A DNA stretch of 40,767 nucleotides from Phycisphaerales bacterium (GCA_052388255.1 JBQTIJ010000134.1:1-40767); one strand, 5' to 3'; positions 26,242 through 39,001 are shown, counted from the first letter of the stretch. Notes: generated by a model from the sequence alone, not told the origin. Numbers and translations are program-made.

Positions 26242-28821
26242 ATGTCGGTCCCCCAGACTTCGGCCCTCCTTGCCACCTGCCACTTCGGGCTGGAGAGTGT
26301 CGTGGCGCGCGAGCTCACCGCTCTCGGCTTCTCGCCCCGCGGCTGCGGGACCGGCCGGGTGATCTTCGCGGAGGGATTGGCCGGGGAGGATCTCCACCGC
26401 GCCATCGTGGCAACCAACCTTCACCTGCGCACCGCCGGGCGCATTCTCATCAAACTCGCGGAGTTCCCCGTCGGCGCGGGTGACCCGGGCTTTGACGCGC
26501 TCTTCGAAGGCGTCCGTGCCATCCCCTGGGAGGCATGGTGCCACCCGAGCGCGAAGGTGCACGTCCACGGCCGCACCGTCCGCTCGGCCATCACCAGCGA
26601 GCCCGCCCTCCAGCGCGCCACCAAGCGCGCCATCGTGGAGCGGCTGCGCACCGCCTTTGCCCTCGACCCCAGCGCCATGCTCGCAGAAAGCGGCCCCACC
26701 GTCTCGGTCGAGATCGCCCTTCTGCGTGATGTCGCCACCCTCACGCTCGACACCTCCGGCGAGGGCCTTCACAAGCGCGGGTACCGAACCGGCGAACACG
26801 GCGGCGGCATGGGTGACGCCGCGATCAAGGAGACGCTCGCGGCTGGACTGGTCCTCCTGAGCGTCTGGCGTCCCGGGCGAAAACTCGTCGATCCCTTCTG
26901 CGGCAGCGGGACCATCGCCATCGAGGCCGCCATGATCGCGCGGAACATCGCCCCCGGGCTCAGGCGCCGTTTCGATGCCGAGCACTGGCTCGACCCGGCG
27001 AATGCCTCGCGCCCGCTCATCAGCCCCGCGCTCTTTGAGAAGGCCCGTGCCGAGGCCGAAGCGGCGATCGACCGTGGGCGCGTCTCGCCCACCATCATCG
27101 GCAGCGACATCAACGACGCCGTGCTCAAGAAGGCCCGTGCCAACGCCAAGGCCGCGGGTGTGGAGAACGACGTCCGCTTTGAGCGGCGGGCCTTCGCCGA
27201 TCTCTCCAGCCCGCAGGAGTTCGGGTGCATCGTCTCGAACCCACCCTATGGCCTGCGCATCGGCGATGATGGAACGGGGGACTCTGATCTCGCCGCCCGC
27301 CCCGAGCGCCGCCCCGCGGGCCGGACCGCCGAAGCGCGTCCGCAACGCCGATCGACCGCCGCCGACCGCTCGATCGGTGATGGCAAGCCAATCAACCGTG
27401 GCCTGCTCCGGGTCGATACGGCCTCGACCGACGAGCTCTATCGCTCCATGCCTGCCACTTTCCGGCGGCTCCCCACATGGTCGTTCCACATCCTCACCGC
27501 GCGGCTTGACCTTGAGACGATCTTCGGCCAGGCCGCGATGCGTCGCCGCAAGGTTTACAACGCCACGCTCGAATGCTGCTTCTACACCTTTCTCGGGCCC
27601 CGCCCCCCCGGCGAGGTGCCCGAGGCCATCGAGCCCGAGGCGCCCGCAGATGCACCCGCTGAGGATGTCGCGCCCGCCACGCCCACAGACGCCGATCCGC
27701 CCGCCACCACCGACCAATCCAGCCCACCTTCCGAGTTCGCAAGAACTCCAGCCCCCGTCGCCGTCTTCGGCGGCCTCTCGCAGCGTTCCCGGCGCGAGGC
27801 GGAGGACTTTGCCCGCTGCCTCGCCTCCAACCTGCGCCACCTGCGCAAGTACCCCGCCCGCGGCATCACCTGTTTCCGTGTCTACGAGCGCGATGTGACG
27901 GACGTCCCCCTCATCATCGATCGATATGAGGACCACTTTCACGCGGTCGAGTACGAGCGCCCTCACGACCGCAGCGCCGCCCAGCAGGCCGATTGGTGGG
28001 ACCTCATGCGCGGGTCCATCGCGCAGGTGGGGGGCGTGCCTCCCGAACGCATCCATCTGAAGGAAAAGCACCGCCAACGCGGCCTCTCGCAGCACGAACG
28101 CCTCGGCACCTCGCGCCAGGCGCTCATCGTCCAGGAGGGCGGCCTTCGCTTTGAGGTGAACCTCGAGGACTATGTCGATACCGGGCTCTTCCTCGATCAC
28201 CGCCTGACCCGCAACATGCTCCGCGAGCAGTCCGCCGGCAAGCGGGTCCTCAACCTGTTCTGCTACACCGGCAGTTTCACCGTCTACGCCGCGGCTGGCG
28301 GTGCGGCGAGTACGGTCAGCGTGGACCTCTCGAACACCTACCTCGCCTGGGCGGAGCGCAACCTCAGCGTGAACGGCCTCGCCGGGCGCGGACACGCCAT
28401 CGTGCGCTCCGACGTGGTCGAGTTTCTGCAGTCGCAGCACCACCGGACCGGCGGTGTCTACGACCTTGTCGTCCTTGACCCGCCGACCTTCAGCAACAGC
28501 AGTTCCACGGAAGAGGATTGGGAGGTCAACACCGGTCACGCCCGCGTGCTCGGCCTGCTCGCGCCGCTCATGTCTCCTGGCGGCGTCGTCTATTTCTCCA
28601 ACAACTTCCGCCGCTTCAAACTCGACGAGGCCGCCCTCGCTGAGGCGGGGTTTGATCTGCACGAGATCTCCAACCGCACCGTGCCCCCTGAGTACCGCAA
28701 CCGCCGCATCCACCGGTGTTGGAAACTGACGCTCGTTGGCCAGGCAGAAGCCCACGCCGCCCGGGCCCGCCGCGCAGCCCGGAGTGACCCTGGGTCCACA
28801 GGCCAGCCCGCAGCGGAGTGA
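26242..28821 (+). CDS. rlmL: Bifunctional 23S rRNA (guanine-N2/guanine-N7) methyltransferase RlmKL-like (THUMP + two SAM-MTase domains)
   Basis: The N-terminal THUMP-like region is followed by MTase motif I DPFCGSGTIAIEAA, IIGSDIN and the motif IV NPPYG. A Pro/Ala/Glu linker leads to a second MTase domain (VLNLFCYTGSFTVYAA ... VVLDPPTFS). Low-complexity insertions make it 859 aa. Confidence 0.85.
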   Translation: MSVPQTSALLATCHFGLESVVARELTALGFSPRGCGTGRVIFAEGLAGEDLHRAIVATNLHLRTAGRILIKLAEFPVGAGDPGFDALFEGVRAIPWEAWCHPSAKVHVHGRTVRSAITSEPALQRATKRAIVERLRTAFALDPSAMLAESGPTVSVEIALLRDVATLTLDTSGEGLHKRGYRTGEHGGGMGDAAIKETLAAGLVLLSVWRPGRKLVDPFCGSGTIAIEAAMIARNIAPGLRRRFDAEHWLDPANASRPLISPALFEKARAEAEAAIDRGRVSPTIIGSDINDAVLKKARANAKAAGVENDVRFERRAFADLSSPQEFGCIVSNPPYGLRIGDDGTGDSDLAARPERRPAGRTAEARPQRRSTAADRSIGDGKPINRGLLRVDTASTDELYRSMPATFRRLPTWSFHILTARLDLETIFGQAAMRRRKVYNATLECCFYTFLGPRPPGEVPEAIEPEAPADAPAEDVAPATPTDADPPATTDQSSPPSEFARTPAPVAVFGGLSQRSRREAEDFARCLASNLRHLRKYPARGITCFRVYERDVTDVPLIIDRYEDHFHAVEYERPHDRSAAQQADWWDLMRGSIAQVGGVPPERIHLKEKHRQRGLSQHERLGTSRQALIVQEGGLRFEVNLEDYVDTGLFLDHRLTRNMLREQSAGKRVLNLFCYTGSFTVYAAAGGAASTVSVDLSNTYLAWAERNLSVNGLAGRGHAIVRSDVVEFLQSQHHRTGGVYDLVVLDPPTFSNSSSTEEDWEVNTGHARVLGLLAPLMSPGGVVYFSNNFRRFKLDEAALAEAGFDLHEISNRTVPPEYRNRRIHRCWKLTLVGQAEAHAARARRAARSDPGSTGQPAAE

Positions 28822-28894
28822 ACCCGCATCCCGCTCGTGGCAGGCCTCATCGTGGGAACCCGGTCCACCCGCCGCCCTTCCCATACGATTGCCC

Positions 28895-30115
28895 GTGAAC
28901 GGTGCTTCCGACCAATCCCGCCCCTGCGTGCTCGGGCAGACTGCGCTTGAGTTCGGCGTGGCCTGCAAGCAGGCGGGCCTCCCCGGCGGGGCCATCGCAG
29001 CCATGGAACGCTACGCCCGCGCCTTCCGACTCGGCCTCCGCGATGATCCGCTCGCGCCAGTCGCCGTCGCCCCCATCGAGCGCCTCCACCTCCGCCCCTC
29101 CCCTGAGGGCGATGTCGTCAAGTTCACCCAGCGCATCGCCCGCAGCCCTGCGCTCCCGCCCGCCGCAACGGCCCTCGCCACCCCTGACACCTCCGCACCG
29201 CTCGAGATCGAATCGGTGCTCATCCCCATGGTGGGCAAGAAGCGCTCCCGCTCATACACGCTCTGTCTCTCCAGCCAGGTCGGCTGCGCCATGGGGTGCG
29301 GGTTCTGCCAGACCGCCCAGATGGGTCTCATCCGCTCCCTCTCGGCCGCGGAGATTGTCGGGCAGTGGTTCGCCGCCCGTCACCTCATCGAGCGCCCAGA
29401 CCAAGCCGCGAGCATCCGCAACATTGTCTTCATGGGCATGGGCGAGCCCATGGACAACCTCAGCGCAGTCCTAAGGGCCGTCAGCATCCTCACCGATCCG
29501 CGCGGGCCGGCCATCGCGATGAGCCGCATCACCATCTCCACCGTCGGCCGCCTTGACGGCATCGAGGCCCTCGCAGAGCGCGTCCGCACGCCCGGCTGGC
29601 ACCGCCTTGGCCTTGCCGTCTCCCTCAACGCCCCGACCGACGAAATCCGCTCCGCCCTCATGCCCATCAACCGCAGCGCGCCCCTTGCGGTCCTGCGCAG
29701 CGCACTCCTTCGCTGGCCCTTCCACAGCGGCGTCCACCACTGCCTTGAGTATGTGCTGATCCCCGGCGTCAACGCCGCCCCGGATCACGCCGACGCCCTC
29801 GCCGCCTTCGTCCTTGGTGACGACTGGCCCGGCACCGACCCGGCCATCCGCCGCTTCCCCGGCGCTGCCCTCCGCGGCGTCGTCAACGTCATTCCCTACA
29901 ACCCGCGCGATCAATCCCCTTGGCCCGCGCCCGCGGAAACCACCGTCACGACCTTCATGGAGCGCCTGAGCGCCCAGGGTGTGTACGTCAAACGCCGCCG
30001 CACCAAGGGCCGCGACACCATGGCCGCGTGTGGCCAACTCGGGAACCCTGCGCTCCGGCGCACTTCCCTCACGGTCCGCGCCGCCCAGACCGCCGCAACA
30101 ATGCCCAATGGCTGA
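28895..30115 (+). CDS. rlmN: Radical-SAM 23S rRNA/tRNA (adenine-C2) methyltransferase RlmN
   Basis: SSQVGCAMGCGFCQT (CxxxCxxC), NIVFMGMGEPMDN, ITISTVG, LAVSLNAP, EYVLIPGVN, NVIPYNP and the C-terminal MAACGQL are the RlmN/Cfr pattern. The start is uncertain. GTG 28895 or TTG 28889 lie downstream of the rlmKL stop; the ORF-track ATG at 28736 would overlap rlmKL by 86 nt. Confidence 0.85.
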   Translation: MNGASDQSRPCVLGQTALEFGVACKQAGLPGGAIAAMERYARAFRLGLRDDPLAPVAVAPIERLHLRPSPEGDVVKFTQRIARSPALPPAATALATPDTSAPLEIESVLIPMVGKKRSRSYTLCLSSQVGCAMGCGFCQTAQMGLIRSLSAAEIVGQWFAARHLIERPDQAASIRNIVFMGMGEPMDNLSAVLRAVSILTDPRGPAIAMSRITISTVGRLDGIEALAERVRTPGWHRLGLAVSLNAPTDEIRSALMPINRSAPLAVLRSALLRWPFHSGVHHCLEYVLIPGVNAAPDHADALAAFVLGDDWPGTDPAIRRFPGAALRGVVNVIPYNPRDQSPWPAPAETTVTTFMERLSAQGVYVKRRRTKGRDTMAACGQLGNPALRRTSLTVRAAQTAATMPNG

Positions 30116-31271
30116 GACCCGGCGACAGACCTGCGAGGACGCGGCCCGCGCGCTCGAGCATACCTTCTCGCTGAGCGCGCTCGTCGGGTTTGACGGCTTT
30201 GTCGATGCCATCATCGATGTCGTCGAGAGTCGCGCGTCGATGGCCCCGCTCGACTACCGCCCCCTCGAAACCATCCGAGCCCTCGCCGAACGCATCGGCA
30301 GCGCTGAGGGACGATCGACCAACATCGAGGCCGTCGTCAAGGAACGCCGCTTCGGCGGCAACGGGCCTCTCATGGCCGGCGGTCTCGCCGCGCTTGGCGT
30401 CCGCACGAGTTTCATCGGCTGCATCGGGCGCGAGGACGATTGGTCTCGCCCGGACCCGCTCTTCGAGCCCTTCGCCGCTCGCTGTCAGGACCGCGGCGGC
30501 GAGGTCGTGAGTGTCGGCCCACCCGCCCGGACCGATGCCCTCGAGTTTATGGACGGCAAGATCATGTTCAACCACGCCCTCCCCCTCGCGGGCGTGACGT
30601 GGGACCTCATCCGCTCTCGCGCTGGCGACGATCGCCTGAGGCGCCTCGTCCGGGACGCGGGGCTGATCTCGGTGGTGAACTGGACCAACATGGGCTGTGT
30701 CGGCGCGATCCTTGAAGGGCTCACAGACCTGCTCGCCCCCGCCCCCCGAAGCACCCGCGTCTTCGTGGACCTCTCTGACCCCGCCAAGCGCACCGACAGC
30801 GACCTTCTGCAGTTGCTCCGTCAGCTCCGCGGGCTCGATCGTGCTGCGCCGGTCACCCTCGGCCTCAACCTCTCGGAGGCGGTGCGTGTGGCCGCCGTGG
30901 CCGGTGTTCAGGGAGTCACCCCCACGACCACCGGGGGTCCCCTCGAGCGCGGGACCATCACCCTCCGCGCCGCGCTCGGCATCGACGCGCTCGTCATCCA
31001 CCCGCGCGAGGGCGCAGCCGGTGCTACCGCTGCGGGCGCGAGCGCGTGGTTTGATGGACCACTCACGGCGCGGCCCCGTCTCTCCACTGGCGCGGGCGAC
31101 CACTTCAACGCGGGCTTCGCCCTTGCCCAATCGATCGGCATCTCCTTGCCCGGCGCACTCGCCGTCGGATGCGCTGTCAGCGGCGCCTATGTGCGCGATG
31201 CGCAAAGCCCCTCACTCCCCCGCACCATCGCCTTGTTGAAGGACATGCCCGGGCCTGAGAGTGCCCCATGA
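30108..31271 (+). CDS. Ribokinase/PfkB-superfamily sugar kinase (substrate unknown)
   Basis: The N-terminus LVGFDGFVDAIIDV, then GGNGPLMAGGLAALG and the C-terminal anion-hole motif STGAGDHFNAGF match the superfamily. The ATG at 30108 overlaps the rlmN stop (ATGGCTGA). Confidence 0.65.
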   Translation: MAETRRQTCEDAARALEHTFSLSALVGFDGFVDAIIDVVESRASMAPLDYRPLETIRALAERIGSAEGRSTNIEAVVKERRFGGNGPLMAGGLAALGVRTSFIGCIGREDDWSRPDPLFEPFAARCQDRGGEVVSVGPPARTDALEFMDGKIMFNHALPLAGVTWDLIRSRAGDDRLRRLVRDAGLISVVNWTNMGCVGAILEGLTDLLAPAPRSTRVFVDLSDPAKRTDSDLLQLLRQLRGLDRAAPVTLGLNLSEAVRVAAVAGVQGVTPTTTGGPLERGTITLRAALGIDALVIHPREGAAGATAAGASAWFDGPLTARPRLSTGAGDHFNAGFALAQSIGISLPGALAVGCAVSGAYVRDAQSPSLPRTIALLKDMPGPESAP

Positions 31272-31274
31272 GTC

Positions 31275-32534
31275 TCACAGCCCCGTCGCGGCGGCCCTTC
31301 CCGCCAGAGTCCCGCTGGCCCACGCCCATTGGAAGTTGAAGCCGCCGATCCGTCCATCGACATCGAGAATCTCGCCAGCGAGGTGTAGACCCGGGCTCAC
31401 CCGCGACGCCATCGGCGCCGGCTGGATCTCGGTCAACGGAACCCCGCCCGCCGTCACCTCCGCATACGTGAACCCTCGGTCCCCCGTCACCGGCAGCACC
31501 AGCGCGCACACCGCCTCTGCAAGCCCCCGCCGCGCTTCGCGCTTCAGGTGGTCCGGCCGGGCGGATGGATCAACCCCCGCGAAGGCACACAGCGCCCGTG
31601 CCAGCCGCTCCGGCAAGAGAAACGGCGGCTCGGTCAACCCTCGCGCGGGAGAAACCCGCAGCCCGCGGAGCGCATCATCAGCGCCCTCCACATCAAGACC
31701 CGGCACAAAGGAGAGCGAGAGCCGCGTCCCCGCGTCGATCGCCCGCGCCGCGCTCAAGTACCGGCTGATGTCAAGCGCGGCCGGTCCCGAGAGGCCAAAG
31801 TGCGTGAGCAGGGTGGACCCCGTGAACTCGGCCCCTTTGGCCCCCGTGGAGGCCCGAACCGTGAGCGTGGTCGGGAGCGTGAGCCCCGAGAGCGAGAGCG
31901 TAAAGAACCCCCCCGCGAGCGTGAGCGGGACCAGCGCGGGCACGATGCGCTCTGTGGTGGTGTGCCCGAGCGACCGCGCGAGCACGTACCCATGCCCGTC
32001 CGAACCCGACTTCGGGAGGGCCATCCCCCCGGCACACAGGATCACCCTCCCCGCCTGCACCATGCCGCCGGTTTCGGAAGTCGCGACATACCCCGCCTCA
32101 AGCCGTCCGAGAGCGCGCACGCGCCACGGGTGCCGTACCTCCACCCCCGCATCGCGGGCCGCGCTGAGCAGCGCGTTCAGCACCGTCCTCGCGCTGTCGC
32201 TCACGGGAAAGAGCTTGCCCGTCTCCTCGCGTTTGAGTTCAACCCCGAGTTCCGCAAAGAAGCGCACCGTCGCCGCCACATCGAACCCGCGCAGCACATT
32301 GCGGATGGTGTTGCGCGAGCCACCCGCATACGCCCCCTCCGTCACCTCATGGTGCGTCACGTTGCACCGACCGCCCCCCGCCACCAGGATCTTCGCCCCA
32401 AGTGTCCGCGCCCCATCCACCACCAGCACTCGCGCCCCCGATCCCGCGCTGCGCAGCGTGCGACCCGCCTGGATCGCCGCCATCAGGCCCGCGGCTCCCG
32501 CCCCGATCACCAGTATGTCCGCCGTCTCTGCCAA
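31275..32534 (-). CDS. HI0933/BaiN-like NAD(P)/FAD-dependent oxidoreductase
   Basis: ADILVIGAGAAGLMAAIQA, ILVAGGGRCNVTH, GKLFPVSDSA and the C-terminal DVDGRIGGFNFQWAWASG are characteristic of the family. The apparent start is TTG at 32534 (+ strand caa at 32532-32534). Confidence 0.82.
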   Translation of the reverse strand: MAETADILVIGAGAAGLMAAIQAGRTLRSAGSGARVLVVDGARTLGAKILVAGGGRCNVTHHEVTEGAYAGGSRNTIRNVLRGFDVAATVRFFAELGVELKREETGKLFPVSDSARTVLNALLSAARDAGVEVRHPWRVRALGRLEAGYVATSETGGMVQAGRVILCAGGMALPKSGSDGHGYVLARSLGHTTTERIVPALVPLTLAGGFFTLSLSGLTLPTTLTVRASTGAKGAEFTGSTLLTHFGLSGPAALDISRYLSAARAIDAGTRLSLSFVPGLDVEGADDALRGLRVSPARGLTEPPFLLPERLARALCAFAGVDPSARPDHLKREARRGLAEAVCALVLPVTGDRGFTYAEVTAGGVPLTEIQPAPMASRVSPGLHLAGEILDVDGRIGGFNFQWAWASGTLAGRAAATGL

Positions 32535-32579
32535 GGTGAGTGCGTTGAACGAGTCGCAGGTGGGCGTGCGCCACCCCGT

Positions 32580-33014
32580 TCAGATGCTGGCCATCCACGC
32601 CACGATGGCCCCGATGTTCACCAGCAGCGTGAGTGATCCCAAGATAATCGCGACGATGGCATGGGCCTTCCCTCGCGCCTGCTCATCCCTTGCGGATCGC
32701 CGCAACCCCACGATCCCCAGCACGATCGCGGCGGGCCCGAATAGCAGCGCCAGACAGGGAATCAACGACGCCACTGAAACGTAATACCCCACGAGCGCGG
32801 GTGGATTGCGATAGGGAATGATCGCCGCCACCGCATTGCTCTCGCCCGGCCGAACGCCGAGGATCGGCTGCAGGGCCGGATGGTCCCGAGCCAGCACCGG
32901 CTCCAGCCCCTCGACCGCGATTCGCGCATCGCCGGGGATCCGTCCCTCTCGCGCCCACGCCGCCACCGTGGCAAAGTCATCCGCGTTGAACTGCCCGCCC
33001 CCGGGGAGTGTCAC
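32580..33014 (-). CDS. Small membrane protein (GYF_2-like N-terminus plus DUF4190-like two-TM C-terminus)
   Basis: IIPYRNPPALVGYYVSVASLIPCLALLFGPAAIVLGIVGLRR...GKAHAIVAIILGSLTLLVNIG is the typical DUF4190 arrangement. It has a GTG start. Confidence 0.55.
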   Translation of the reverse strand: MTLPGGGQFNADDFATVAAWAREGRIPGDARIAVEGLEPVLARDHPALQPILGVRPGESNAVAAIIPYRNPPALVGYYVSVASLIPCLALLFGPAAIVLGIVGLRRSARDEQARGKAHAIVAIILGSLTLLVNIGAIVAWMASI

Positions 33015-33066
33015 GATGATGGTCCGCGTCTGAGGGTTTATGTCGCCGCTCCAAGGGTGTGCTCGT

Positions 33067-34185
33067 TCACAACACGCTCAACCGGCGGTTCGTCTCCTGC
33101 TCGATGAGCGCGCTGTGGAGCATACCAAAGTCCCCCGAGAGGAGTGCGCCAAGGTTGTACTCCCCCGGCAACCGCTCATCGGCCGCGATCCCATCTTTCG
33201 ACCGATACGTCCGGATCTTCTCCGAGCGTTCACCCCCGCCGATCTGGGCCGTCCGGGCCGCCGCCCGATCCGCATGGGCACGCTGCCGCTCCAGTTCATA
33301 GAGCCGCGTCACCAGCAGCCGCCGCGCCCGCTCGCGGTTCTGCTGCTGGCTCTTGGCCTCCATCATCTTGATCTGGATCCCCGTCGGCTTGTGCAGAATC
33401 TGCCACGCCGTCTCGACCTTATTCACGTTCTGGCCCCCCGGCCCCTGCGCGCGTGTCGGCTGCTCTTCCACGTCCCGGGCCCAGTCGATCTTCACATCGA
33501 CCTCCTCCGGCTCCGGCAGCACCGCCACCGTCGCCGTCGACGTATGCACCCTTCCCTGCGATTCGGTCGCCGGCACGCGCTTCACGCTGTGAACACCGGC
33601 CTCAAAGTTCATCGCCGTCCACACCCCCGGCCCCTTCATGGAGAGCATCGCCGACCGCACACCCCCCGCGCCGGGCTCGATGGCCATATCCAGCACCTCC
33701 ACCCCCCAACCCCGGCGGGCGGCGTACTTCTGGTACATCTCAATCAGGTCGCGCGCCCACAGCGCGGCCTCGTCGCCCCCCGTCCCCGCCCGCACTTCCA
33801 GCACGATCGACCCCACTCGGTTGTCCTCCGCGTTCACCAGCAGCGCGGTCAGTTCCGCCACCAGCGCCCCCCGCTCGGTCGTCAGCCGCGCCGTCTCCTC
33901 TGCTGCCAAGGCCGCAAACTCCGGGTCCTGCCCCCCGCGCGGGCCATCGGCCGGTGCGAGCGCTCGCAGTTCCGCCTCGATCGCAAGCAGCCGCCGCACT
34001 CCCGCCGCCGCCGGCCAAAGCGCTGCCCGCCGGATTGAGAGGTCGCGCGTCTTCCGGTGGTCGCTGAGCACCCCCTCGTCCGCGAGTTCGCGCTCCACAT
34101 GCGCATGCTCCGCCGCCATCGCCTCAAGCCGCGACCGCAGCGCTGCTGGCACCGACCCACCCGGGTTGTGCGGGCTCGCGGGCAC
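33067..34185 (-). CDS. prfA: Peptide chain release factor 1
   Basis: LEVRAGTGGDEAALWA, the RF1-type tripeptide context RVPATESQGRVHTSTATVAVLPE (PAT) and the GGQ motif (AQGPGGQNVNKVETA) are present. The frame is uninterrupted. The GTG at 34185 lies 3 nt after the ileS stop; ATG 34119 is an alternative start. Confidence 0.92.
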   Translation of the reverse strand: MPASPHNPGGSVPAALRSRLEAMAAEHAHVERELADEGVLSDHRKTRDLSIRRAALWPAAAGVRRLLAIEAELRALAPADGPRGGQDPEFAALAAEETARLTTERGALVAELTALLVNAEDNRVGSIVLEVRAGTGGDEAALWARDLIEMYQKYAARRGWGVEVLDMAIEPGAGGVRSAMLSMKGPGVWTAMNFEAGVHSVKRVPATESQGRVHTSTATVAVLPEPEEVDVKIDWARDVEEQPTRAQGPGGQNVNKVETAWQILHKPTGIQIKMMEAKSQQQNRERARRLLVTRLYELERQRAHADRAAARTAQIGGGERSEKIRTYRSKDGIAADERLPGEYNLGALLSGDFGMLHSALIEQETNRRLSVL

Positions 34186-34188
34186 GGG

Positions 34189-37266
<3,078 letters not shown>

Positions 37267-37539
37267 GGTCGGTGGCAGGGTTGGTGCGCGGCAGGGCCGC
37301 AGCGGTCAACGTGGAGGGCGCAGGCCCGCCGGGTGCATCACCCGCCCAGCCCGGGCAAGCGTCACACACGGCACGGCAGCGAATGGTATTGGCCGATTCC
37401 GTCGTCTGCCGCGCCGGACGGGGGGCATCGGTCCGGCCCGACACGCGGGCACTCTCACAACTCGCCCCCGTTCCCGCCGGGGTGTCGCCCCGCTACCCTG
37501 CTCGCCCTGTTCCGAAACCGTCCCCAACAGGACCCTCCC

Positions 37540-38958
37540 ATGCTTGGCAAAGTCTTTAAGGCCTACGACGTCCGCGGCACCTACCCCGACCCGCTGAACG
37601 AGTCCATGGCCCGCCAGATTGGCTACGGCTGTTCGCGCTTTCTCCTCGCCGAGGCCGCCGCCGCGGGCGAGGGGAGCCCCATGATGAAGAACGTCGTGGT
37701 CGGCCGCGACATGCGCAAGAGTTCCCCCTCGCTCACCGAGGCCGTGATCCGCGGCATCACCGACCAGGGCGGCCATGTCCTTGATGTCGGCATGGTCGAT
37801 ACGTCCTTCATCTACTTCGCGATCAACCACCTTGATTGTGCCGGCGGCGTCATGTGTACAGCCAGCCACAACCCACCGCAGTACAACGGCTTCAAGGTCA
37901 GCAAGCGCCGCGCCAAGCCCGTGGGCGAAGCGACCGGCCTCGCGGACATCCGTAAGTACGCCGCCACCGTCGACTTCGTGAACAACTTCCAGTCCGCCGG
38001 CGGCCGCAGCGAGAAGCGCGACCTGTGGGACGCCTATCGCAAGCACGTCTTGGGCTTCCTCGACCTCTCCAAGCGCAAGCGCAAACTCAAGATCGTCATC
38101 GACGCCAGCAACGGCATGGCGGGCACCATGATCCCCCGGATCTTCGGCAAGAAGGGCAAGGACGTCGAAGGCATCGAGATCGTCGAGATCAACTTCGACA
38201 ACAGCAAGGGCGAGTTCGTCCACGAGCCCAACCCGCTCGTCGCCGCCAACGTGAAGCAGACCTGCGACGCCGTTCTCAAGGAAAAGGCCGATGTCGGCTT
38301 CTGCTACGACGGCGACGCCGACCGCTGTGTCGCCGTGGACGAGAAGGGGCACATCGTCGGCTGCGACCACCTGACGGTCGTCCTCGCCCAGCACTTCCTC
38401 GCCAAGCACCCGGGCGCCGCCGTCGTCTATGACCTCCGCTCCACCAAGGCCGTGACCGAGGACGTGACCAAGGCCGGCGGCAAGCCCATCCGCAGCCGCG
38501 TCGGCCACGTCTTCCTCAAGTCCGCCCTCGCCGAGAACAAGGCCGTCTTCGGCGGCGAGCTCTCCGGCCACTTCTACTTCCAGAACAACTTCAACGCAGA
38601 CTCCGGCGTCATCGCCATGTGCTCGGTGCTCACGGTGCTTGCCCACAGCGGCAAGCCCCTCTCCGACCTCATCAAACCCGCCGCCCGCTACGCCCAGTCG
38701 GGCGAGATCAACTTCCAGATCGAGGACAAAGACGCCGCCCTCGCCGCCCTCAAGGAGGAGTTCGAGGATTCCGGCCGGATCGACGAACTCGACGGTGTCA
38801 CCATCGACTGCTTCAAGGAGCAGGGCTGGTGGTGCAACGTCCGCAAGAGCAACACCGAGCCCCTCCTGCGCCTGAACCTCGAAGCCAGAGACAAGAAGAA
38901 GCTCGAGGAGATGCTGCAGCGCATCAGCCCAATGCTCGGCCACCGAGTTGCTCACTGA
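37540..38958 (+). CDS. Phosphomannomutase/phosphoglucomutase (alpha-D-phosphohexomutase family)
   Basis: MLGKVFKAYDVRG, the active-site serine loop CTASHNPPQYNGFK, the metal loop FCYDGDADRC, the sugar loop GGELSGHFYF and the C-terminal RKSNTEPLLRLN match the family. The start is the ATG at 37540. The rest of the 1109-aa track ORF upstream is antisense to ileS. Confidence 0.92.
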   Translation: MLGKVFKAYDVRGTYPDPLNESMARQIGYGCSRFLLAEAAAAGEGSPMMKNVVVGRDMRKSSPSLTEAVIRGITDQGGHVLDVGMVDTSFIYFAINHLDCAGGVMCTASHNPPQYNGFKVSKRRAKPVGEATGLADIRKYAATVDFVNNFQSAGGRSEKRDLWDAYRKHVLGFLDLSKRKRKLKIVIDASNGMAGTMIPRIFGKKGKDVEGIEIVEINFDNSKGEFVHEPNPLVAANVKQTCDAVLKEKADVGFCYDGDADRCVAVDEKGHIVGCDHLTVVLAQHFLAKHPGAAVVYDLRSTKAVTEDVTKAGGKPIRSRVGHVFLKSALAENKAVFGGELSGHFYFQNNFNADSGVIAMCSVLTVLAHSGKPLSDLIKPAARYAQSGEINFQIEDKDAALAALKEEFEDSGRIDELDGVTIDCFKEQGWWCNVRKSNTEPLLRLNLEARDKKKLEEMLQRISPMLGHRVAH

Positions 38959-39001
38959 AACCGTCTGTGAACAGGCCAGCGAACGGGCAGGTGAGCAACG
39001 T

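Noticed and set aside
26032-29004. A 990-aa ORF on the minus strand, one of the longest in the window
   Set aside because: It is entirely antisense to the well-supported rlmKL and rlmN genes. Its translation is Gly/Ala/Arg/Pro-rich with no recognisable motif. This is a typical shadow ORF caused by stop-codon depletion in high-GC DNA.
31261-32784. 507-aa and 362-aa plus-strand ORFs
   Set aside because: They are antisense to the HI0933/BaiN-like flavoprotein, which has clear FAD motifs. Their translations are Ser/Pro/Arg-rich.
33067-34185. The possibility that the release factor is RF2 with a programmed +1 frameshift
   Set aside because: The codon-recognition tripeptide is PAT (RF1 type), not SPF, and the frame is continuous with no early in-frame stop.
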